From contig NW_024037060.1 in the NCBI RefSeq assembly GCF_015706575.1, positions 1,009,983-1,073,982 on the forward strand: a stretch of 64,000 nt of DNA, read 5' to 3'. Below, piece after piece: positions 24,601-36,600 of the stretch; the stretch's first letter is position 1; each line of letters begins with the position of its first letter. The position numbers and the translations under genes are program-made. The notes beneath the pieces were generated by a model. It searched no databases and was not told the origin of the DNA. It saw only the letters and a list, made by a program, of their open reading frames with translations. This stretch comes from Patiria miniata. Lineage: Eukaryota.

Positions 24601-27600
24601 TCACATTGGCGAGTTTGGCCAAAAAGTATTGTTTGAAGGGAAAGGTCACAAAAAAGACACATCATTCGTATTGATCCTAAAAGTATCCTACCAAATCATT
24701 GGGTGCACCACGAACTAACGTATCGTCTGTGGACTTTGTGCACACGATACGTCACTTTGTGGTGTGACTGACGAAATTGTTATAAAAAATCGCTTTCTTG
24801 GATTAAAATCATACTGGCAATAAACACCGCATGAATTATTCCATCTGACTTGCTGTCGTTTAGGAGAAATCAAGAAGTGTAGGTGATATCCAACAAGTCA
24901 GACAATTGACTGACTTAATGTTGAGTACCGTTGACAAAATCGTGTTTTGTGATCAAAAAGTTGTGCATGATTTTTCACTTTTTTCTTGCAAAATGTAATA
25001 TCCACTGATCTGAAACTTTAGCAGGTTCTTCTTTGGATTTTGAAAAGTGATATTATTGGAAATAATTGGAAAAGAAAAGAAAGCCAAAGAAAGCAACTGA
25101 TCTGATATGCCTTTAAACTATATTTGTGATTTTTTTTAGACTTTTTTTTTTAAACCCTGAAGGAAGGAAAAGCCAGCTAAAAAGCCCAGCCACCCAAATG
25201 ACATCAGTGTGACTGGTTACAGCGATAACATCCTGCGATTCATAGCTGAGCGAGGCGACAGCGGCCAACTGAATCACGTGGAGAACATTGACAAGGCCTA
25301 TGGTCTCCGAGAACTTCAGGTATGTTCTTACTTTACATTGACACATATTGAAGTTTTCCATTAAAATGAAGCAATTTCTTTGTTATTCATAAGATGGAGT
25401 TGTTGGATTTTGTTATTCATAAAATGGAATTGTTGGATTTCTTTGTTGTTTCTGAAGTGGAGATTGTACAAACTAACATGATAACTTTTTTGAAACCACT
25501 ACTTTTTTCGGTCGTACATTATTTTTAGTCTGGTTCCCTGACTGATTCCCTGACTTGCTGCTGAAACTTTTGAATGTCCTTGATGTTGACTGATTCGTCC
25601 CCCCCCCCCACACACCCTCCTACACCCCCCTCCTACACCCCCCTCCCTACACCCCCCCCCAAAAAAAAAAAATTAATAAATATATCAATAAATAAAATAA
25701 AACAAATACATACAATTAAAAAAGATTTCCTTTTGCTACAACCTTGTCCAGTTCCGTCTGATTTTGCAAGAACCTGTCATGAATGAAAAAAAAATTGCAC
25801 AATAAATCTACAATCTTGTAAAACTTTAGGCAAGCTAGTGAAATGGTAAGAGATATTTGAGCACAGGGTTTAGCTGAAGTACTCAAGAAACACAGACCCT
25901 TTCACTAGGTTAAAAGACATAGGGTTTAAAGTCTGATTTCTAGATTCTGTCACTCAACGGTGTTTTTTTTCCGTTTGTGTTGTTATTCTACTCAGGTTGC
26001 AGCAATTGGACGTACTGATTCCAACCAAGCATCTGCTGCCACCAGTCCAGAGACCCCACTGCCCATTGCTGCCCCTGTACACAGGTCAGAAAATCTAAGA
26101 ACTCTCTGAGCGATCCCTGTTTGCTATTTCCCAAGTTTGCGACATTGCTTATATTGCTAGCATCATGACTTTAGGGCGTGATCCCTGACTGGTTATGGTG
26201 GCTTTTCAGCGTTTATTCAGTGTGAAAGTTGTCCCTGTATAATCAGTATCCTAGTTGCTTTCTTGCAACCACCTCTTGAGTTCCCTGCAACCTTGTTAAA
26301 GAGAAAATATTTCTCATGGAATTTTGGAAAACTCAGCAAATTTTGTTTTTATGATGTGTAGGGAACCCTTCAAACAATGCACATTGACCGATATAGGTCA
26401 CCACTTTTGTTCATGGTAGGCATGTCAATTTCGTGCGTTAGCACTATGAGAAATGCTCACACGCCAAAGTTGGGCAGGGCATGTAGCCAATCCAGAATGG
26501 CCCAGTGTGTGGTGTTACATGCTATTAAAAAAGATTACAGGGTAAACCAGCCCAAAATCCTGCTTGACGGTGATTCTTTTGTTTGCTTGTTAGATGGCGG
26601 ACGGCTCGCGTGTTCATCTCCTCCACGTTCCGTGACATGCACGGCGAGCGTGACCTGCTGACCCGCTTTGTCTTCCCTGAGTTGCGGGCTCGGGCCAAGA
26701 AGCTCTTCCTCAATGTGTATGAGGTGGATCTGAGATGGGGCGTGACTGAAGAGGAGACGAGGCAAAACAGGTAGGTGGGCCTAAAATGGAAGTATCTGTG
26801 TTCTGCACAGATCGCTTCAGGTTGCTAGTAACTTACAGTTGACTAGAGACCTGGGCTTGATTTTATGGAACTCCATGCATAGATAGCACATTGTTCTTCG
26901 TTACCACCAATAGACCTTTATCATGCTGCCACCATTTCAGTCATGTTTTTTGTATCCAATAACAGTACTGAAGGATAATGTTTTTGTGCAAAAAGGAGCC
27001 AGACTATTTTTCCTTCCAGCCTCGCTTTGGTTACATTGATGGAGACATGGCTGCCTTATGATAATGGTCTATGGGGAAGACAGAGTGCTTGGGCACGCAC
27101 ATGACACATGTCGGCAGGAAGTACGCACACCTGAGTTTATAATTCCAAATGAGTGACAATGATTCAAGAATTGTCATTCCTTTACACCACTAGATAATGG
27201 CAAATTGTGTCAAACTTCTCTTACTTACAGATCGCTGGAGATTTGCCTGACAGAGGTGTCTCGCTGCAACTACTTCATCGGAATCTTGGGGAAGCGTTAC
27301 GGCTTCTGCCCAGAGGCCTACACGGCGCCGGCCACGGAGGAGTTTGATTGGCTGCAGGACTACCCGGCCGGGCGTTCCATCACTGAGCTTGAGATGCAGC
27401 ACGCGGCGCTGTGCGACCCGCAGATGGCTGTGGGAAGGGCGTTCTTCTACTTCAGAAACAGTGATTTTATGGCGTAAGTCATAACTGAAGGTTACTTCCT
27501 GTGCCTCCCAAAAGCACAGCACTGTGTGATATTATTGGTTCATCAAGGAATTAATACAGTGTAACACATTTTTGTGAAAGTACTAATGGGCAAAGTTGAC

Positions 27601-30600
27601 CAAAAAAATTTCGACTCCAGAAAATTCGGATGATTTAACATACAGTGTGCTAGGAATTTGCCTTGAAGAGAACATTTTTCAATGTCAAAGTCGACATTCT
27701 GCATATATGGTCTTAACATCAGTCTCAATGTTTCACGTGGTACCATGCAAACCAAAATGCAGTTCATTTAGAAACCTCTGTTATTATCAAAAAATGATCC
27801 CCCAGGAAAAACATAAAAATCATGAATCGTTTTTCCTTTGTACAAAATAGATACCATTTGAGAAAGTATGCAAAAGAACATTGATATTTTCCCAAGAGAC
27901 ACTACTGGTACCGGTTTTCATATTACCAAGTCTCTCTTCTTAAAAAAAAATTGTTTATCAAAAGTATTTAACACTTTTGCCACCAAATTCTTGGAGTTTA
28001 TAGTTGGAAAGTGGAACTAGTACTTTTATGTCCTTTTTTTGAAAGCCCTGATCACCATCTTCTTTAAGTTTGAGTGACATGATTCAAAGAATTGAACAGA
28101 AACGTCAAGTTACCTTGATTGTTCCCTACAAATCAAGTATTGGTTGACAAGCTAAAACAGACCATGTAGTATCTGGCAAGCTACGTTTTATCTGTGTTTT
28201 TTATTGGTTTGGTGTTTGTCCTTCATTTTTCAGTGAGGTTCCCTCTTCCTGCCAGTCAGCATTCCAAGCTGAGTCAAACGCAGCATCAGAGAAGATAGAG
28301 AATCTCAAGCAGCGAGTGCGATGCAGCGGGCTGGAGGTCTTTGATGGGTAAGATGTCTTCAATTTGTTTTTACAAATGGAACTTCCTTGGCTCCCCCCAA
28401 AAATTATTTTTGTTTCAAAAAGCCAAGGAAAAAATAACATTGGCTTCATTTTCTGTGACTTGCCAAACTGGTTGTCAAATTTTGGTCTACAGTTGTAGAC
28501 TTTTTTACAAATTCAATTTGGATGTAGAAAGCTGTGGTAAACTTGTTTATGTATTTGACATTCTCAAACTCTAGAATTTTGTTTGGATCATTTAAACATC
28601 ACAAACTTGAGTGTGAAGCATTTTTATGATGTATCTTCTTGCAGCAGTTCTGTTGCCAACTTGACATTAGATATTGATAAAACGAATAATAACCTCAAAC
28701 TTTTTTTGAATATTTTTCTCTCATAAATTAGTTTTTTTCCAGCAAATGTCTAAATAAGCTAACAATCACATATGTTGGGAAAGTGGACAAGCCTTCACAG
28801 TAATTCTTCCTGCTAAGATATTCATAAATACCTCATAAAGACTGTCTGCTCCATTACAACATGTATCCCCATATCTCTCTCTTTCCAGATATCCGTGCCG
28901 GTTTGGTGGGGTCGTGGACCACAAACCCGTTACCACCAACTTGGAAGAGATGGGTATGCGCGTCGTCAACAACTTGTGGAACTCATTCGTCAAACATTTT
29001 CCTGAAGAGGTAAACAAGGCCAAACTTTTGTAGAAATATTTCCAATTAAAGAAAACTGCTGATTGTAGCTGATGTTTTCTTTCACTTGTAAATGCCCAAA
29101 CAAAGGCCAAGAACTACTGAAGGTGAGGGTTACAAATTAAAATTAAAAAAAAGAGCAAATAGGAGTCAAAGTGACAGGATATCCTTTCAGATTGCTTAAG
29201 AATTAGCCAGTTTGGTATCTCTATGAAGTAGTCCAGGTCAAAGGTCATTCGGGCTAAAATAGCTTACGGAATGTTACATGTTACGTTATTTTACACAAAT
29301 GCCCGCTCTGGTTGTAATTAACATGCGAGCGTCTTGTGCCCATCTCCCTGCGCCGTCTCTCTGTGCGTTCATGCGCATGGCATATCCTCAAACTTCTCCC
29401 AAATTATACTCACCATATCTTTGTCTTTGAATCATCCAGGAAGCCTTCTTGGACGAGCTGTCACACGAGGGAGCCCTCCATCAGGCCTTCCTGGAGGCCC
29501 ACGTCGCCGGCTTCAGCGGCCGTAAGACCCAGCTGCGGCAGTGCCTGGACCTGATGGACGCCTGCCACAAAGGGCTGATGGTCATCTGCGGAAAGAGCGG
29601 CTGTGGAAAGACTGCCCTCACAGTAAGGAAAAAGAAGAAAGAATAAATGAAGACATTGCAAAAATGCCATTTACCCATTAGCACATGAACTACATTGTAT
29701 GACATTGTATGACATTGTATGACATTGTACTACATTGTATGACATTGTATGACATTGTATGACATTGTATGACATTGTATGACATTGTATGACATTGTAT
29801 GACATTGTACGACATTGTATGACATTGTACGACATTGTATGACATTGTATGACATTGTACTACATTGTATGACATTGTATGACATTGTACTAGATTGTAT
29901 GACATTGTATTACATTGTATTACATTGTATGACATTGTATGACATTGTATTACATTGTATTACATTGCATTACATTGTATTTATTCCCTGATGAATCCAT
30001 AAAACCATACAGTGCTGGGGCGGTTTGGGGCAGTACAGAGAGTAACAGGCTGGATGTTGGGGACAATTCATTTTTTTCAACCAAAGATAGGAATTCACAT
30101 TTGATTTGATGAGTATTTAACAAAACTTTCACGAGCTGTTTAAATGTTTAGCCAACACTAAACAAAGGCTGGCACCAGTTACTGTGCAGTTCCACATAAG
30201 TCGTAAATGTATTCTAATTTCTTGTTGAAGTTTGAAAACACTACCTCCATTGTTTTCCCTTGTGAGTTAGTTTATGATTTATTCCCTTGATGCATATTTG
30301 TTATTTTTTTGTTTTCTTTTCATGTTTTTCCTCCCAGTCCTGCCTGGCCCAGCGCTACAAGAACAAGATATTGGAGTCTGACGGTAACCACGTCTTGGTT
30401 CACTTTGTGGGTGCAGCGGTGGGATCCAGCAACGTCCTGGCCGTGCTGCGACGCCTGTGCCTGGAGCTCAAGAAGCGATTTGCTCTCACTCTCACCATAC
30501 CAGAAGACTTCAAGTGAGTGCTGTGCTCTTTCTGGTATCGTGTTCTAAATTTCAGTGCAAGTAATTCTTGCAAAATTATCCAGCGAAGGTGGTGTTCTCT

Positions 30601-33600
30601 CTCTAAACATAGCCAAGATTCTTTTTGTTAACTCCACAACCTGCATATTGTTCTCCAAACAAACCTGGTGTCATTATTGTTCTAATTACAGCAAACTGGT
30701 GACCAAGTTCCCTGAGTTCCTGAAGGGTGCTGCAGTGCATTGTGGGAGTTCCCCGTTGGTGATATTTCTGGACGGGCTTGATCAGATGGAGGAGGCGTAT
30801 CAGGCCAACAACATGGAATGGCTGCCAAAGGATATCCCAAAGGTAGAATTCATTTTCCTTAGCTGAAACTTCCAACTTTTTTAAAGTTGCACTCTCCATG
30901 TTCTTCAACTAATTTATTTTTTTTACCGAATACATTTTCAACTTGTTTGTTTTGTTCCAACAAAAAAAAAAAATCCTTTTTTTTCTTTCTTGGACATCTG
31001 CAACCCTCTGGTGTTTTGGGCTCAAACAGATCCACTTTGCCAGCAGACTGGTCCGTACATTATCAGTTCTGATCACACATCACTGAATTATTCTCCCAAA
31101 CCCACGGCCAGACTGCATCGTAGAAATACAAGTTCCATTACAGATGACACGTTCAGAGGATTAGTTCAGGCGTTGTATAAAGCAAATAATAATAAAAAAA
31201 AAAAGGTTTCATATTAGTGTGATAGAAGAAAATTAATTTCATTCGGAGACTGAAATTACTCTTACCATTGCACTAATAAACATTCATTATCTGTATAATG
31301 TACCAGCTTATATTTCAGCATAAGACACAGAATAGGCTCAACTACAAACGTGGTAAAAACGTACGATTTTGTTGTTGCTTCCCCCACCAGGATGTGATGT
31401 TTGTGGTCAGCACCGTCGTGGACAGTCAATCCCACAAGGCACTGCTTCGCCGTAACCCCTCAACTCTGACCCTTGGCCCACTTGACCTGCTGGACAAGGC
31501 CACCGTGGTGAGACGCATGCTGGCCGTCCACCGTAAGACACTGGATGAGTCCCCGTTCAACAACCAGGCAAGAACATGACTTTTTTTTATTGAGAGAGAA
31601 GAAAATGCCTATAGTGTCCCTGGAATTCAGTGTCAAATTAGGCTTTACCCTTCACCGACGTATAAACACTGTATACTCAGTGTGTTACCTCCCGAATGAA
31701 AGTTGGACAAAATCACTCGTGTGGGACTCGAACCCACGACCTCCTGCTTTCTAGTGCAGATGTCTTACCACTCGACTACCGAGCTAACAGGATCGGTTGG
31801 CTGGTTCGAATCTGATGTACATAGCAGCGGGTACTATTAACTATTCATAAGATGGAATTCAATTATCACATTTATTTCAGGGTTCCCACAGCCATGGAAA
31901 ATCCTGAAAAATGCTGTTATTTCAAACTATCATTGAAGCTCACGGAAAAGTTATGGAATTTTGTTAATTTACAAGGAGTCCTGGACAGTTGATACTCCAA
32001 GAAAAAAGCCAAGGAATTCTGTAGAACCCGTATCTGATGATGTGTAATAAATGGCTGTGGCAGTCTTCCAATTTGCATTCTGGTTTACTACACTCCCTCT
32101 CTAGATGCAAATATCATGTAAAATCTAAACAAATAAATAAACATACTTATATTTATAGTTGAAGCATTGAGGGTAATTTTAATTATTACATGTAGAATAG
32201 AGTATAGCGCTGTTAAAGTCAGCAGAGCCTACAGACAACACACAAAGACAGACTAAGAATACTTGGCAAAATTCATCATTTGAACTTTTTGATTCACTCT
32301 TTGCAGATGAAGTTACTGGTTGCCAAGAGAGAAGCCAACTTACCATTGTTCCTCACTCTGGCCTGCGAAGAACTGCGTGTCTTTGGAGTCTTTGAGCAGG
32401 TAATTGAAGATAAATCACTCAAAAAAGAAAATTGGAAAAGTACTCTGTGTTCCTTAATACAACTAAGGTCTTACAGGTTAATGCCAATCAATCACATCCA
32501 GTTTCAGCTCATGTAACAAGCTGTTGAATTGTCGTAGTCATTGCTCCCCCTTGTTACTTGTAGCTGACTTGAGATTTGACCTTTCATTTTACTTATGATT
32601 TGACTTTTGACTCAATATTTGTTTCATGACTGACTTGTGATTGATTTGTGATTGACTTGTGATTGACTTGTGATTTGTGATTGACTTGTGATTGACTTGT
32701 GATTTGACCTGTGATTTGACCTGTGATTTGACCTGTGATTTGACTTGTGATTGGCTTGTGATTTGACTTGTGATTGACTTGTGATTTGACTTGTGATTTG
32801 ACTTGTGATTGACTTGTGATTTGACTTCTGATTGACCTTGTCATTTGACTTGCGATTGACCTGTGATATAACTTGTAATTAAACATCAGGTAGGTCTTGT
32901 GATTGAATTTGTGATATGACTTGTGGTTAAAGTTGTTAACGAACTTGTGATTTGACTTGTTGTTTCACTTGTGATTGGACATGTGATTGATTTGTGATTT
33001 GACTGATGATTGACCAGGTATCTGAGAGGCTGAAGCGGATGTCTCACACCATCAGCGCCTTGCTGCAGGAGGTCATGCAGAGGCTGGAGATGGATCATGG
33101 CAAGGAGTTACTGGCTACAGCCCTGGCATTGCTGGTGTGTGCAAGAGACGGTAAGTAGGCATTGGTATAAATCTTATCAGTTTTTAAACTAAGAATAAGG
33201 TTTATATTTATAACTCTAAAAGGGCAATTCATTTTTCAGATCATTGCCGCTCATTATGAACTTGTGATTTGGCTTGAGATTGACTTGTGATTGACTTGTA
33301 AAGTTGTGATTTGACTTGTGATTTTACATGGTTATTTCGGGGAAGAAGGGCAAAATTAGTGATTTATTTGTGTTGACTCATTTGACTACCTCCATTCACT
33401 TCGCCTCATGAGGTCGTCAAATCAGTCAACTTTTCACGCTTCTTACTTTCTTCCAACCGTAACATGATGTTGCTTCATCACGGATTTATCCAGGTCTCCT
33501 TGAGGATGAGCTGCACAGTCTCCTGAGTCTTCACACCCTTCTGGGAGGCAGCAAGTATCGTCTTGAAGACATCAAGAACGTCCGTCTGACCGCTGAGCAC

Positions 33601-36600
33601 ATGCTGCCCCAGGCTGTCTTTGCTCAGCTGCTGAGGAGCCTGCAGGGGTTCTTGCGCCCTGTCGGGGAACAGAGGTAAGAGGGAATTAGATCTCTTTCAA
33701 AACACCAATCTGAAAAAAAGGTTGTGTCGTTTAACAGGTTTCGCATGTGAAGGGATATGCGTATGCATAGTTTTAGTTATCCGTAACAGTCATTGGCAAT
33801 CCAGTTGTTCGTGTACAGATATGCAAACAATTAGATAGTCGAACCAAGCAGTAATTCAAAATTTTAAAGTGCGCTTGTTCATGGAGTCCCTGGGAAGTTA
33901 ATGAATTCAATATCTCATTGTGTTTTTCACAGTGTTAACCACCTCAGCCTGGCCCACGGTGACATCAATAAGGCTGTCAGACAGCGTTACATGAAGGGCT
34001 CTGGGGCAGAGTCTGAAGCCAGACTACATGCGCTGCTTGCAGGTTAGTAGAGACTGCATTTGTGGCAAACGTGACTTACTGTGGTAATATTGATGGAAAT
34101 GAATGTAATATTGTTTTGCAGTATCAGCTCCCATTGGTATCGGGAGTCGATAAACGGGCTCTTTCAGCTTCTTGGGAACTACGTCGCCAACTTCCAGTAC
34201 CTCAGGGAGCTTATACCTACCCTTAGTAGCCCTGTTCTTGCTGATAAAATTGAAAGCCATCTCAGCAGTTAAATCAATCAAATGACAGTGTTTACAGTTC
34301 GGAACCCTATGCCTACATAAAGCAAGTTCGACTGGCTGTGACAGTTTATTGAATTTGATACAACTGTGCTTTGACTGTAGGTGATTGATATGCCAGTTAT
34401 ACCTGCCAGTTACTTGCTTTTGTCTATTGATGGAATTTAAACAGTTACAACTAAAAATATGATCTGACTGTTAATAACTAACCTGTGTATAAAGACATGG
34501 GGGGGGATTGATTAAAATTTTGACAGTCTTTGACTGCTCAGACAGCAGGAGGGTTCAGCGATGTTTAATTTGTAAAATAAGGCTGCAATTTTATTTCATT
34601 GTAGGCTACTTCTTGCAAGAGGCAGACCCTCTGCGAGACTGCTCCTGGGCCGGTCGGAAGCCGCGCGCCTTCAGCGAGGTCTCCTATCACCTCTCACGCA
34701 CCGCGGCCTACGCAGAGCTGCAGTCGGCGCTGTGCAGCCTGCCGTTCATCTACGCCAAGTGTAGGATGGGTCTGGCCTCAACGCTACTGGACGATTTTGT
34801 CGGGGATAGTGGGTCTGGGGCAGCAGCAACCAACAGAGCTGCTCTTAGGGACAGGGAGAAGTTTCTGGCCAAGCCGCAGGTGCAGGTGGGTCAAGTGTAT
34901 TTGTCGTTTTAAGGCAGGTTCCTTCAAGAACCATGGATAAAGGCACGTAGGAACATTTGTAATTACCTGAAAAGGAACATATGATTTTGATGAGAAAAAT
35001 CTTGTTCAAAGTGAAGATAGAGATAGTACCAAATACCCTGTGAAATTATTTCGCCTAAAGCTTCAGATTTCACTTAATTTTTTTGAGATCAAGAACCAAT
35101 TGTAAGGTAGTATTCTTTTCTTTCTTTTTTTAACCTGAAATGGAATAAGATTATGTAAAAAGTAGCAAGGCAGTATAACATTGAGTTGGGTTGGAAAACC
35201 TTAGCAGGGTGACATGAATGTTTTGCTGGGCATCCAGCCCGTCCCAAACCTTGCGTGAAGAGCACCATAATCTGAACTTTTTTTTCAGATAACGGGGTTT
35301 TTTTTTAATCTGTTTACAGGAATTCCGTTCCTTTGTGTCCCGCAACCTGCACATCGTTTCCAACCTGCCGGCCCTGACCTGGCAACAAGCGGCCAATGAG
35401 CCGTCGGAATCGGCCGTCTGTCAGTCCATGAAGGGCATGATTGACAGCGGGGGCGGGGCTTCTCGTCAGAGTCTGGTGGTCTGGAAGAACAAGAGGGAGG
35501 AGCAGGAGGATTGCGCAATGACCATCACGGGATTCACTCAGGTGAATACAAAACAGAATTGTTTGTATTTATATTAGTCCGTTATTTGAAACTGACTTTT
35601 GGAGTATGTAAAGAAAAAACCTTAACAGCTTCAACTGATAAAGATTGACCCCAAAACTACCTGAACAAAATGAAATACAGTGTATCTCGATAAGTCAAAC
35701 CTCAAGGGAATGAGCTCAAATTTTGAGTTAAGCAGAGTTTGAGTTAGCAAATGGATTTTCTTTTTAACAATTGACGGGAATAAGTTCTTACTTTGAGTTA
35801 GCAGGGTTTTTGATTTAGCAGGTTTTGACTTATCAAGATTTCACTGTAGCACAATCAATTTTCGCTTCTGCATACTGTTTCAAATTCTTTTCTAGCCAAG
35901 AGTATGCTTGCAGTAATAAACTTGACTGTTGTGATCAGAAAATGTCTCATATCTTGGAGACAGGCTTGATAATTTTTTTCCATGAAGAGGTCAACATCTG
36001 CGTGTAGAACTGTATCGCCCTGCACGCCCAGATGCAGCTGTTTTTACTGTCTATTTTATATCGCATGAGATTAAAGTTGGAATTTTTGTGTGAAAAATGA
36101 TATATTTTTTTGGTTTCAATTGTATTGTCTTAATTCTGGTAATGCACAGGAAAGCTAGGTGAATAACTGTAGGTTGATTTAACAAGGATGTCAACCATGA
36201 AGTTAAAAAGTAGATACTTTGGCCATGTAATCAGCCATAGTATATTTTATTGCAGGCTGTAACATGTTTGGCCATTTCAAGCGACGGTGCCTTTGTGGCT
36301 TGCGGTAATGAAGACTGCACAGTGAAACTGTTTGAGCGTGAGACAGCTAAGGTAAGATATCAAGGACAGATCTAACCCATTAATCCCTGCACTGCCCCAA
36401 ACCACCCTGCCTCTTACCCCTTATGCCGGCCCAAACACTCTACGGTTTTCCTGATTCATCGAGGAGTAAATGCAATGTAATACAGTGTAGTACAAGCGCT
36501 AATGGTTAAATACAGTAAAATCCATACGTAATGATCACAAACAACAAAATTGTTTTCATCAATTTTTTATTTTGTATACTACTATGTGTTTGTTTGTTTG

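Noticed and set aside
29690-29935. Minus-strand ORF with [10 protein letters not shown] repeated
   Set aside because: Translation of the 10-bp microsatellite; no coding signal.
31508-31509. Alternative canonical donor GTG|gtgaga inside exon 21
   Set aside because: It would delete the conserved [20 protein letters not shown] block that matches human TEP1 (EESPFNNQ). Kept as a possible minor isoform only.
34122-34272. Candidate exon after acceptor ttttgcag ([25 protein letters not shown].. ORF 34081-34272)
   Set aside because: The phase from exon 25 (one carried nt) gives an immediate stop in this segment. Exon 25 splices cleanly and in phase to exon 26 at 34605, giving ..[15 protein letters not shown]..
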